A DNA stretch of 64,000 bases, taken from NCBI GenBank assembly GCA_031835245.2, contig JAVKOQ020000002.1:62001-126000 (forward strand), read 5' to 3'. Positions 46,911 to 59,093 of this stretch are shown piece by piece. The notes under the pieces were generated by a model that saw only the letters and a list, made by a program, of their open reading frames with translations, ran no database searches and was not told the DNA's origin. The translations under genes and the position numbers were made by a program. Each line of letters starts with the position of its first letter. Position 1 is the first letter of the stretch. This stretch comes from Balamuthia mandrillaris. Its lineage: Eukaryota.

Positions 46911-48632
46911 TGACCATTATCGGGATAAGCCTGTAGCATGGAGAGCAAAGCAGCTGCAAGAGCCCGCAAGATGGTGGCCTCGTTGGATTTGCTAAGCGCA
47001 GCGTACTTGCCCCGCAACTTCTGAGCACGATCCATGTCATCCTTGTCGGCGTACTGCAGACGAAGCGACATCAACAGCTTCTCCGGAACAGGGTCTTGCA
47101 GGCTTATCGGTATAGCCTTTGTCAAAGTAACAGTATGGTCAGTGTATGAAAGGAGATAGTGGTTTTATGAGAAAAGGGACAAAGAGAAAGAGAAGAGAAA
47201 ATAATGAAGAGCTACCGAATGAAGGGCAATGTTAAAGGTAGCCAATAAGTCGAACTTGTGGAAGAAGTTCTCAGCGGAGGGATCCATGGCGGCAACGATG
47301 TCAACTGTGTCGTGAGGGTTGTCGGGCATACAAAAGCCATAGAGCTGCATCAGTCGGGAGTTTGGCACCACTCCGTAGTCCAAAAACACTTGTTCTCCAG
47401 CCTTATAGCCCTCCCTGGAGTAGATTCGAATGGTTCCGGTCGCTTCCTCATAGCTTGAAAAATGCAAGCACGCACGAGGAGAAATAAAGTTAAAAAGGAA
47501 GCGAACAAACAGAAGGGAGAGAAAGAGAGAGAGGAGAGAAAGAGAGAGAGGAGAGAAAACGGAAAACGGGGAGAGAATTGTACTAATGACGACAGTCTCG
47601 TTTGGCATCAAGGCGAGTGTTGAGCATGTCAGCAAAGGGAACGATGCATCGGACACGTTGCTGCCTGGGCGGTTCTCTGGCAGGAGGAGCTCCTCTTCCA
47701 CCTCCTCCTCTTCGTTGCTGCTTCTTGGCCGGCAACAGCTTCACAAAGTCCATGCTTCTGCTCCAAATGGTGCACAAGGCCCATCGATACTCCTCCAAGG
47801 TGAAGAGGTGCGGCGGGAAGACCGTAGGGTTGTCTTGGAAGAGAGAGGAGGCGCGGAGCTGCTCCCAGTCCTCTTGGATCTGTTGGGCGAGTCGCTGGGT
47901 CAAGGTCAGCGCGTTGGAGCCTTTGAGCAGCACCTTGGCCTCCTCCTCCATCGGCCAACAGACGGTGACGAGCGGGTAGGCAGGCGGCATGCTGAGGAGG
48001 TGTTGATGGTGCCGAGAGGAGGCTCCCTCCACCAATTTTTCGTAGAGGAGGTGAAGAGCCAGCATGTCTTCCTCGCTCAACACCGACTTGCCCACTTGTT
48101 GTTGCTGTTTGTTCTTGGAGGAGGCAGAGGAGGAAGAAGCAGAAGAAGAAGAAGAAGAAGAAGCGGAGGAGGATGAGGAAGGGAAAAGGAGGGGACCGAT
48201 CTTGGAGTCTTTTGCGGATTGGAGGCTGATGGTGAGGGAAAGAGGGACGGCAAGGATCTCGGACTCTTTGGGGAGGGCGTGCTTGGCCTTGAGGCCCCGC
48301 CCCGTCACTGGAAAGTCGTTCTCGAGGGCCAGCCCGTCCAGTCCCTTCACATGGTTCCTTTGCAGCCAGTCCAAGTAGGCCGCTTCCTCGAACTCCGGTG
48401 CGCTGGCGGCTCCTTCTCCCGCTCCTCCTCTCCCGCTCTGCTGCTGCTTCTTCTTCTTGTTCTTCTTCTTCTTGCGTTTGCGCTTGGCTTTTTCTCCTTC
48501 CCCAGTGGTCGTGGCAGCTTGCTCCGCCTCCTTGCTTTGTGTCCCTTCCGCCGCCTGCTGCCCTTCTTCCCTCTGCGGCACTTCCTGCACCTGTGGTGGT
48601 TGTGGTGGTCCTTCCGCTCTTTCTTCTTCCAT
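46600..48632 (-). CDS. Rubisco LSMT/SETD3-like SET-domain methyltransferase, multi-exon
   Basis: FPVTGRGLKA, LALHLLYEK, FTLEEYRWALCTIWSRS, IVPFADMLN, GEQVFLDYG..NSRLMQLYGF..NPHD, and a C-terminal LSMT substrate-binding-like region. Confidence 0.9.
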
Positions 48633-48755
48633 TTTTCTTTTTCTTTTTTCTTTATTTTTTTTTAAAGTTTTATATGTTTTATATATATGTTTTATACAAT
48701 TTTTGGTTGTTGTGTTATACGAATAGTAACTATTCGAAACAACGAAAGAGCAGAA

Positions 48756-48812
48756 GGAGCAGAAGCATGGACCCTGTGCAGCTGTTGCCGGCCAAGAAGC
48801 AGCAACGAAGAG
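48756..48812. repeat. 57-bp inverted copy of 47708-47764 (54/57 identical)
   Basis: ggagcagaagcatggaccctgtgcagctgttgccggccaagaagcagcaacgaagag compared with the reverse complement of 47708-47764, ggagcagaagcatggactttgtgaagctgttgccggccaagaagcagcaacgaagag. Confidence 0.95.
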
Positions 48813-48819
48813 AGAAAAA

Positions 48820-49583
48820 CTACCAAGCAGCACTGCTCAGTATGGCAGCGGGAGGCAGCTCTTTGTCCTCCGGGAAGGAGGCGGCGGGAGGCTCCGTGCG
48901 CCAGTGAACACCGCCCATCAGGTAGAGCGCCGCTTTGTTGCCGGTGGAGGAGTGGGAGTGGGAAGAGGAGGAAGGAAAGAAACGGAAGGTGGCCACCTCG
49001 TCGTTCATGCCGTCGTCGTACCAGCGGCAGGCCTGGGGGTGCAGCTGCCGTATGCGCATGCTGTGCTGCGGGGCTTCGGGGAAGTAAGTCAAGAGGGCCT
49101 TGCTCTGCTCGTCCTCCCCTTTCTTCAGCAAAAGTTTGCCTTCTTCCTCGTATACCCTCCATTCTGGTTTTTTTGTTGTTAAACGATTAACAGGGAGAGG
49201 AGACAAAGAAGAAAGCGGAACGTTACCTCCATACTGCCCCAAGTAACGCTTCCAGTGAGGCGGCAGGCGATACGCCGGCTGCAACTCTTGCAGCACCTTC
49301 ATAGCAACAACGAGAAAAAGAAGTGAGACTCGTTGAGGAGAAGAGAAGTGAAGAAAAGAGGACAACTATGCAATCGCACCTTGGTGAAAGCGGGTAACAG
49401 AATGTCCATGACGGCGGGCGTCTCGTCAGGAGCGGTATCCGTGTTGACGGCAATGAAGACGCCGAGTTTCAGCTCCTCAGCAATGGCCATGTTGGAGCGA
49501 TAGCCTGATAGCTTTCCTGATTTCTTTTGTTAAGCAGGTATGTCAGTTTAATATGACGGAGAGGGAGACGCGCCGAGAGAGTG

Positions 49584-49619
<36 letters not shown>

Positions 49620-50445
49620 AGAGAAGAGAGCAGAGAGCAGAGAGCAGCAACGAACAGATTTAAGCCAATAACCAGAAGTATGCTTGAACTCAAAAGGAAG
49701 ACCAAAGGCAGTTTCTCCATCTCTCGTCAATATGACGGGATCGAGCTGCTCCGCGATGGAGACGCTGTCCAACGGCTGCGTGGGGCCTGCTGTAGTGTTG
49801 CTTCGGAAGAAGAATGACATCTTTTTTTGTTTCTTAGATATCAGTGAAGAACAGCATAAAGGAAAATGAACGAGAGCAGTAACCAACCAATCGAGCCATA
49901 TCTGCAGCTGTGGAGAAGAGACCGCCCATAGGATTGGCCCATGGTTCGTTGTAAAAGGAAGCTTTCTTCCATTTGGTCTCTTTGTCCTGTACCACGCTTA
50001 CCGCCTTTCAGGTATTGTTTCGTTAACATTTAGCAGCGTAGGAATAGCGTGAAGAAACAGTACCATTTGGGAGGCGAGACCTTCCGACTGAGGATCAAAC
50101 GAGGTAGAGTTCATGCCCAATGGCAGCAGTATGTTTTTACGAACCCATTCTTCATAGGATTTCTCTGGAACGGCCTTCTCTGTTTTGTTTTACTTCGTTA
50201 GTGCAAAGACAGGGTGAAAGCCGAAGGAGGAAGTAGATTATGTGGACAGGAACAACCTAAGGCCCTTCCTAACAAAGCTAGACCGAGGTTGGAGTAATGC
50301 GGTCTGGTATATTGTGGATATAACAATATCTCTTGGGCAAGTCTTTCCAAGATGTAATGCTCGTCACATGGGCCTCTATGATAGCAAGGAATAGACCTAT
50401 TTGCAGGTTCGTTAGATTTTTTTATACGCGGTGGACCGATAAGGT

Positions 50446-50489
<44 letters not shown>

Positions 50490-51251
50490 TTACCTTGCAA
50501 GACCAGAAGTATGAGATGCAAGCTGACGAAGAGTAATGGGACGATTTGTTTGATACGGATTAACGACCGAGAATTCAGGAAGATACTTGGTAACAGGATC
50601 ATCAAGCGAGACGATGCCTTCGTCCCTCAGTTTCATGAGCATGAGGTCGGTGAATACTTTAGTGATAGAGGCAATGCTGAAGCTGCGTGATGCACAGTGA
50701 GTTGGCGAGAAGGAAACAGAGAAGACAGCAAGCGTACATAGAATCTACAGAGGGAGGTGTTCCAGCCGGATGAAGCGGGTCGTTTTCTCCATAGCCTTTA
50801 CTCCAAACAACCTCCTGAACGCAACGGATTCATGTTTGTATGGAACATTCAACTAACAAATAGAGCAAAGAAAACGAACCTGGTCATAAACCACGATGGC
50901 AACCAGCCCTGGAAGATCGTTCTTCTTGGCAGCTTTCGCTAACAGTTCATCTACGTCCTCCAGCGCAGCGTTTATGGTGGGATTGCTCTCCAAGTTTGGA
51001 ATGGGCACAGGCACAGGATACTCGGGGCATGCGCCATGCAAGCCGTGCATGCCCAATATCCATGCTGCCGAACAGGTACGTCAAGGGTGTCAGTATCACT
51101 TTAGCCAACGGGCAAAAACTTAAACAACAAACTAAAGATAGAGGCCAGAGAGAAACGTACATGATATTGTTGCAGGAAGAGCAAGCAGCCCCAAAGACGC
51201 GCCTAACGTGAGAACAACCACCACCAAGCTGCTCAAGCTCACCACGACCAT
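48820..51251 (-). CDS. Secreted beta-lactamase-family (class C/serine hydrolase) protein, multi-exon
   Basis: Signal peptide, LPGLVAIVVYDQ, SxxK in FSIASITKVFT, HYSNLGLALLG, YEEWVRKHILLPLGM, GWANPMGG and AFGLPFE. Confidence 0.88.
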
Positions 51252-51625
51252 GATGCGAGTCTCTCTTTCTGTTTTGGGATCCCAAATCCAAGAAAGCTTC
51301 GAGCTTTGGGGGAGGAAAAAAAAGCGCAAGCAAAACTTGGGGCTGGTGGCTGCAAACGCCATGCTCTTTCTGTGCATTGCCTTGCGAAATCTCTGTCCTT
51401 TGGCGCGCGAAGAGCTGCTGGAAATTCCCTCTCTTTTCATTGCGAAAACCCTCTTTATTTTCTTGACTCGCCTGGCGTCGAACCCACAACCCCCCCACCA
51501 CCTCAATTAATTAATTAACAAATGAAATCTTGCATCATCCAGAGTCGAACCAACGCACCCACTTCATTTAGAGGCAAAAAGCGTAGCGGAGGGCACAGGG
51601 ACAAAGAAAGGAGAAAAAGGAAAGG

Positions 51626-53101
51626 ATGGTGGTGCGGACTGCTCGCTCGGCTTTGGTGGCCGTGCTGCTTTTGACCCTTGGGTTGGCGGCTTGGTGCTCG
51701 GCTGCCCCTAGCCCACCCGCTATCTCGCCCTCGTTCACGGCCAACGTGCAGATGAGCACGATGCAGCTCCTGTCGGAAGGGTTCCTCCAGTACGACGTTA
51801 CGCGCCAACTCATGAACCTGTACGTAGCACGATTGCTTTGAAGTGGTTTTGTCTTTGTCACGGTTGAATACTTGCCATGGAGGCTCACACATTCCTCCAA
51901 AGAACCTTATCGGCAAGCTTCTTCCAGATCCCCAAGGTGGAGAACCTGTTCCAAGAAAACACCACACAGGTGGTTAGCTCCAATGGGCAATGCCGTTACT
52001 ACCCCTCCTCTCCCTTTCCCAACATGTTCGGCTGGCTCCCACATTCTTCGTACGAAGGGAAAGAACCGTGCCCACTACCCACATGGACCGCCAATACCCT
52101 GCGTGCTCAAATGTGTGAGCAATGGAGTTGGACAGATCCCGAAGACCCCACTAAAATGACCTTTCGCCTCTATGCCCTCCCCGCTCAAAACGTGCCCATC
52201 ATGTTGACCATCGGTACCCCCAAAAAAGTTCAGCAAACATGGGTGTTCAATACCTTTGTTCCCGGCCCTATCCATTTTGAAAAGCGGCCTACGTGTCCTC
52301 CCCCATCATCATGTGCGACTCCCCCTTGTTCTTTTCATAGAATTTTTCTTTCCGTATCTTCTCTTTGCTAACGCAAACATTCCACCAGGTGGAGATGGAA
52401 ATGTAGAAAAGATGGTGATGTATCGATTCCACGAGCCAGGAGACTACTCCCTGGCCAACCAAAACACTGGGGACCTGCTTGGCGATACGGCATTCATTTG
52501 CTATGCTCTGCTAAACAGAGTATTTATGGAGTACCACCAAGTCTCCGCCTTTTTGGTGCAGGTCAACAAGACGTGGGGTCAGTACGCCATGTGCAACTAT
52601 GGGCATTGCATTGGAGGAGACAATACAACGGTGGGGAGAGGATCCTCCTTTGGTTTGGACAAACGCAAGGAAGGCCAGTGCTCCTCAAATGAAGAATACG
52701 GCAATTGGTACTCGCTGCCTGCTGGTGGAGAATGCAAGAAGCAAGAGCTGAGCAGGAGAGGAGGAGCTGGCAGCAGCTGCAGCTGGCAAAATGGAGGCAA
52801 GATAAAGACTGTCGGCAAGGACTGTCTCGTGGAGAGAGGGTTCATGCTCGCCTGCCTTTCCGACAGCGGCTATCCGCTGCCTTCCGCGCAGAAGATCTTG
52901 CAGAACGCGATCGCAAAGGACGATCCCAACCAGGGCGGTTGCCCACCCATCGAAGGCGCCACATCGTTCCCTTCCAAACTTTCGTCCTCTTTCCTCCCCT
53001 CCTCCCCTTCTTCCCTCTTGGCTTCTCTTTCTCCCTCCTCCTCCTTCTCCTTCGCTCCCTTCCAACTGCTTTCGACCAAAGAAAAACCTCCCCGTTCATA
53101 A
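51626..53101 (+). CDS. Secreted protein: ependymin/LolA-fold-like N-terminal domain + Cys-rich uncharacterised C-terminal domain
   Basis: Signal peptide, then PPAISPSFTANV..FLQYD..C..FGWL..YEGKEPC..CEQW (EPDR-like pattern), then MYRFHEP..NQNTGDLLGD..WGQYAMCN..GNWYSLPAGGEC. Confidence 0.6.
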
Positions 53102-53526
53102 AATAAATGAACGCCGTTTGGCGCAACGAAAACAAGCCAGAATCTCACCAAGAGTGCGCTTGTTATTCCCTGCCACGTGGTTCACTTTGGCTCTGCGTGC
53201 AGGCCAACATGCTGGGCTGCTTGTTGGGGTCGGTCGCACCACTAGAAATTTGCATACATGTTTATTAATTGGTGCCATTATAATTTTGGTTGCCGCAAAG
53301 CAAAGCAAAGCGAAGAAAAAAAAAGAAAGGAACCCCCCCAATTCTAGTGGTGGTGAGGGGGTTTATTGTTCCTTCAACGAAAAGGTTTGCTTTGGAGGTT
53401 TCTCTCTATCTCAATTCCCCCCCTCAAGGAAGGCGAGAAAGGAGGGAGAGAAACCACTCTTCTTTCAGCAACGGACCCTACCTGGGTCAAGACAAGGTTA
53501 GAAGGCCTTAATAACAGTGATAGCGG

Positions 53527-55366
53527 ATGGACCCCTACGGTATGATTTTCCTCTCGCGATTTTGGATTCAAGATCTCTTCTTGAAGAACCGCCAGATTAA
53601 CCCACAAGCAACGCAGCGCCGTGGAATACGCCTCCTCCTCCAGTGACAGGGACCAACTTTACTCCACTGTCCTTTCCAGGTGGACCTCCTGGGGACAGTT
53701 ACGGCCAATACGGTGGAGGAGGGTATGCGGGAAGCGAGTTCTCTGCTGCTGGTGGTGGTTACGGGGGCGGTGGTGCAGACATGACTCTTCATTTTCCGGG
53801 TGGGACTGGCAGCGGTGGTGGTGGCGGAGGCTATCCTGTCACCAGCCCTTATCCTGGAAGCAGTGGTGCCACCGCTGCTGGTGGAGACATGCTACACTTT
53901 CCAGGTGCTGACTACGGTGGTGGCGGTGGTGGATATGCTGGTGGTGCTGACTACAGTGGTGGCGGTGGCTACGGTGGTGGTGGCTATGGTGGCGGGGCCT
54001 ACAGTGGAGGTGGTGGCTTTTCTGCCGCTTCACCGCCGGCGACTGGCGGCTATGGCAGTGGTGGCACCTCCCCTTACGCCGGCATCGGCGGCGGTAGTGG
54101 TGGTTATGGCGGCAGCGGTGGAGGAGGGGGGGCTCATTATGGAGGCGGTGGGAGTAGCAGTGGCTTTGGAGAAGCTCATACCGCAACCCCCTATCATCGC
54201 CCTCATGACTATGCTCAACAGCAACAACAGCAGTGGCAAAGCGGAGCTACCTCCACCCACCTTACGCCCCCTCCAGCAGCTGTGGCTGGTCCTCCACAAT
54301 GGCAAACTCAAACCCAACAATCAACTGGTGGCCCGCCTCAACCGTATGGCGCTGAAACAGGTGGAGGCAAGTATCCTATGCCAGAACCAAGTTTGCAGGG
54401 AACCCCTCATTATATCCCGCAAACGAACACAGGCTACCTACCATACAATCCCCATCCTCCTCCACAGCAATATGTACAGCAACAGCCTGCTCCTTCGCCG
54501 CAGCAGCAACCTTCTCAACATCAAGCACAGCCGCAGCAGCAACCTTCCCGTTATGCAACACAACCACAGCAGCAGCCTCAGCAACAACCGCAACCACAGC
54601 TACAGCAGCAACCACAGCCACAACCACCACAACAGCTGACTCCAACTCGCCAAGAGGCAGCCCCACCTGTATATCAACAAAAAGAGGAGGTTTCGCCTTT
54701 TCGTAAATATCTTGAGCATCAACAACAACCCCAACCACAAAAAGGCAAACAGGAGCGCCTACAAAAACAAGAAACAACGTCGTCACAGCATGAAAACAAG
54801 AAAACTTCACCGGGCGATAAAATGCAAGGAAATATGCCACATAAAAGCCCTACTTCTCCTCGGCCTTCTGTTAGTGGCTCGGACAAACACAGTTCCGCTG
54901 TATCAAGTTTGTTATCATTTGCTCTCTCTCTCTCTCTCTCTCTCTCTTCGAGACTAATAAATCGCTAGGTGCCGCAACAGGTAAAGAAACAGCAAGGCCT
55001 GAACCCGCTGCATTGGTCTTTACATTTAACTTCAAAGATAAAGTGAGTCAACTTCATCATTCATTTCCTGAATTTGTTTTTTAACGTGGTATTTTATTAT
55101 CATTGAAAGACCGAACTGTGTGGGGAGATTGTAAAAGAAGCAAGCAATCTCACTTCCCAATCGAAGAAGTTGGTGGACACTCTTTCCTCGAATTACAACC
55201 AAGTATCTTCAGGGGATCGCACTTCTGGTACACTAAAACAACAATTAGCCATTGCTTTGGAAGAAGTTCGAAAGACATCGGCCAGACTTGTACAGATGAT
55301 TCATTGGGGAGCTTCAAAACTTCTTCCCGTCCATTCTCAAGCAAACTTTTTCATCTCTGGTTTCAT

Positions 55367-55402
<36 letters not shown>

Positions 55403-57945
55403 CATTCTAACGGAAAACAACATAGGGGCCAATAGCTTGCAGAGTTCTACGACTGCGATGTTATCCAAAGCTACGGCAGTACTTGCTCAAACAGATGAAG
55501 ACGGGGAAGCTACTCTTAAGAGACGGTTGCAGCAGCACCACACCGCTGTAACTTTCTCCATAAAGAATATTCTCATGGCGGCAGAACTTATTCGCGGAGA
55601 TTCGGCGGTACAACCTCGACTATTTTTTGTTCATTTCGTTTGAGAGATGTATTGATGTTCATTTCTTCAAAAAGCTGGAAGAGAAGACAGAAGCGCAAGA
55701 AGCTCCACCAACAAGTGTTGTAGAAATGAATCAAATAAGAATGAGCCAACCGGTAAAAAGAGGTACAGTCAGTGCGTCGTTCCGCCTTTCTGATTACCCA
55801 GAAAACGAAGTCAAAGAAGTACAGAAACTGTTTAGAAAAGGCCTTATGCTTGTCCGAATGCGGAAACTTGGTACCACCGCAATCTCTTATTATCCTTCTT
55901 TTTCATGTCTCCTCACATAAGTTTCTACCGTAATCGTCAGTAAATGATTTTAAGGATTCGAAGGTTTCGGAAGGCCAACGCAAGCGTGCTATGGTATTGA
56001 GAGAAATAATATCTACTGAACGAACGTATGTTGCTGCACTGGACGCCTGTATACATGTGAGTAGTTTCAAAATGACCATCACCTTAAATGGCCCGCTGAC
56101 GTGACATTTCATTGTCAGCATTTTATGGCACCGATGAAAGACGCTTCAACCAGAAATAAGCCCTGCATTACTGAGGCAGAAGCATCAATTATATTCTCTT
56201 CTTTGGAAGTGCTTTATCAGGTATTTTTTGCCTCGCTTACATAGGAGAATCCAGCCTACTAACCTATGACACCCATCAAGGTCAACGGGGAAATTCTTAA
56301 AGAATTGGAGGGACGCTTAAGCGGCTGGCCTGAAGTAAACACATTTGGAGACGTGTTTCTCAAAATGGTTTCCTTTTCTGTTGTTTAAAACTTTTTTCTT
56401 TATTGTAGAATCTCACGTTTGCGTTCGTATCAGGTGCCAATGATGAAAGTCTATTCTACCTACATAAATAACTATCAAGAAGGTATAGATGTTTTACGGA
56501 AATTAGAGGCCAAAAATACCGAGTTTTCAGCTCTGTTGCAGGTTCGATAATATTGGTCCTCACCACAACATAATTTGGAAAAAAACAAGTTTTTTTAACT
56601 CGCATCTATCCCAAATGGCATTGTAGGAATGTACACGATCAGCAAAAGCAGCTGGTCATCTTGATCTTGCTTCCCTTCTTATTCAACCAGTACAACGACT
56701 TCCTCGTTATGAACTGTTGCTGCGAGAGCTCATCAAGTATACTGAGGTAGATCTTGTTCATGCATATTGGTCAGCTTATTGTAATTTTTTCTGAAACATT
56801 TCCACGCAGACTACTCATGTGGATTACCACAACCTCTGCGAAGCTATGGAGAAGGTCAAGGAATTAAATGGCTTTGTCAACGAGCGCAAGAGAGCACAAG
56901 ATAACCGCAACCGTATTTTAAGGCTCCAGAACAACACAGAAAATATGCCTCTGGTGCGTTAACTCTACTTCATTTTCATAAGTAATGCTTCTGCTTACAA
57001 TTTACTTTGTTCCTAAAGGTCTTGGTGAAGCCCCACCGTGTATTAGTTAAGGAGGGAGACATAACAGGATGGTCTTCCGTGGATACACACAGGCGCAAAT
57101 CACATGTGTGCTTGTTCAATGACCTCGCTGTCAGACTCCGAAAAAAGGTCAGTTGCTTGCACATTTCTCTGCCCAAACACTTTTACTTACTTTAGTAAGA
57201 GCAGTCGGAGGATCGCTTCGAATATGAAGAGAGCATCAGTTTTGTGGGCTTGGAGTTGAGTGATACTGTCGGTAAGTGCTTTTACCAGATGGTGTTTTCC
57301 AGTTATTTTTTTTGTTCCTAATGATGCCATTAAGCGGGAGAAACCAATGCTTTTGTACTGAAGCGACCAGAGGGCATTTGGGCCTTTCTGTGCAGCAGTC
57401 CAGAGGAGGTAAGTCTTTGGTTTTGGTATTTTATTTTGGATTATTTCAACCCGCCAGTTCATTGATTTAACGTCATCATCTCTTCTGCAGAAAAAGCTTT
57501 GGTTGGAGGAGTTTAGGCAAACTCTGGAATCATGGAAGCTGCAGGAAATGGTCAACCATGAGATTTCAAACAACAAAGATGACCGTGAAGGCACGTCACC
57601 CTCTATTTCTCTATCTTTCGTCGTTTCTCTTTCTAACGTTCTTCTTCAGACCTTCAAATCTTGAGCGCAACATATGGCAACTTGTCCGATCCAAAATATT
57701 GTATAGATGTGACGCAGCATTTGCAAGAGATGTGCGAGAAACAGGGCGGAAGGAAGCTAGTAATCGCTGGACGGGATCCGAAGAAGAACTTACCAGGCTT
57801 CATCGACCCTCTCAGGAAAGGCAAAACGCCCATGCTGCGCTCTCTCACGGCAAAGCGACAACTGACGATTGTGTGGGCTGACAAACACGGTCCTCACACT
57901 CGCACTTTTGGGGATAAGGAGCAGGTCCACATTCAAGCCTCCTGA
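53527..57945 (+). CDS. RhoGEF (DH-PH) with Gly/Tyr- and Gln/Pro-rich N-terminus, helical bundle, IQ-like motif and C-terminal DUF3395/SUEL-like domain; many exons
   Basis: DH: REIISTERTYVAAL, YSTYINNY, LASLLIQPVQRLPRYELLLRELIKYT, HVDY..L..A. PH: HRVLVKEG, CLFND, EKKLW. C-terminus: ILSATYGNL..IDVT..LQ..FIDP. Confidence 0.88.
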
Positions 57946-58389
57946 CACACGTTCGTGCTTCAAACAAACACCGAAACGAGTAATATTCAACACAAGCGCG
58001 CCTTAGTGTTATCCGCGTATTTACCTGTTGTTATTGTCAATCACATCACATAGCGTAATCATGGTGGGGCGGATGGGGATTGGTCCGTGGAACTGATTCG
58101 TTTAAGGTGGGGGCGTGCCATTGGCCGTCGCCATAATAATCATCGTATGCCGTGTGCCTTTTCGACGCCACCCCCCACAGCTTTTTTTCCCTTTTGAGCG
58201 AATTTTCACGCCTGCTCCACCTGAACACCTTAAAAGCACAGGAAACCTTCCTTCTTCTTTTCTTCTTCTTCTTCTTGTTTTCTTTCTTCTCTGCCCCAAG
58301 TAAGAAAGGAGAGGATCTGCCTGTCTTTACCTTATCCATTAGCACACCTAAACAGCCCCCCTTCCTTGCTTGCTTGTCCCTTCCTTAAG

Positions 58390-58914
58390 ATGAGTTTCTC
58401 TGGTAGCGACGCAGACATCGGAATGGAGACAGTAGGGCTGGTTGCCGCCGTGCTCACCACCGCTTCCTTCTTGCCGCAAGTGATACACACCTTCCGGTCA
58501 CGCTCCACCAAAGACATTTCGCTGGTTATGTACTCAGCGTTCTTGAGTGGAGTTGGTCTGTGGGTGGCATACGGCTTCTATTTCTCTTTGTGGCCAGTGG
58601 TGGTCGCCAACGCCCTCACCTTTATACTTGCTCTCTTCATTTTGTCGATGAAGGTTTGGTGGGAGTTCATACGCCCACCACTCCCTCAGCGCAACAAAGC
58701 AGAGGACTTGGAGGGAGGAGAGCTGTCCTTCGTTGCCAGCCCACCAAAAACCCGCCGCCTCAAAGACAGTCAACACCCTGCCGTCAAAGAGTTGGCGGAG
58801 AAGGGCTCTCAGATTATAACCCCTAGCGATGTTGGCTTGGTTCACTCGCCAAGCTATGCCTCTCTTCTTTCCAACGACGAGGCGGAGAACCCCACTAGCA
58901 GTAACAGCGATTAA
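58390..58914 (+). CDS. Intronless SemiSWEET-type single PQ-loop sugar transporter with a disordered C-tail
   Basis: METVGLVAAVLTTASFLPQVIHTFRSRSTKDISLVMY..GVGLWVAYG..WPVVVANALT. There are only 3 TM helices. Confidence 0.9.
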   Translation: MSFSGSDADIGMETVGLVAAVLTTASFLPQVIHTFRSRSTKDISLVMYSAFLSGVGLWVAYGFYFSLWPVVVANALTFILALFILSMKVWWEFIRPPLPQRNKAEDLEGGELSFVASPPKTRRLKDSQHPAVKELAEKGSQIITPSDVGLVHSPSYASLLSNDEAENPTSSNSD

Positions 58915-59093
58915 TTGATGGATATGAAGTGACTACTCCTTCCCTTTCAACGGGATAGATAATCCTGAGGAATAGAAGTGCTCTGTTCCCCTCTTTGCTT
59001 CCTTTTACACATTGTCTTCTCTCGAAACAAAGTAGTTGGTACATGACTCTGCATTTTTATTTTCCAGAAGCAGGTTCCTGCTTTTCCACAGCG

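Noticed and set aside
32878..48632. Cluster of four SAM-dependent methyltransferases (METTL22, SET, PCIF1, LSMT-like)
   Set aside because: They have different folds and substrates and are interspersed with unrelated genes, which is compatible with chance in a gene-dense genome.
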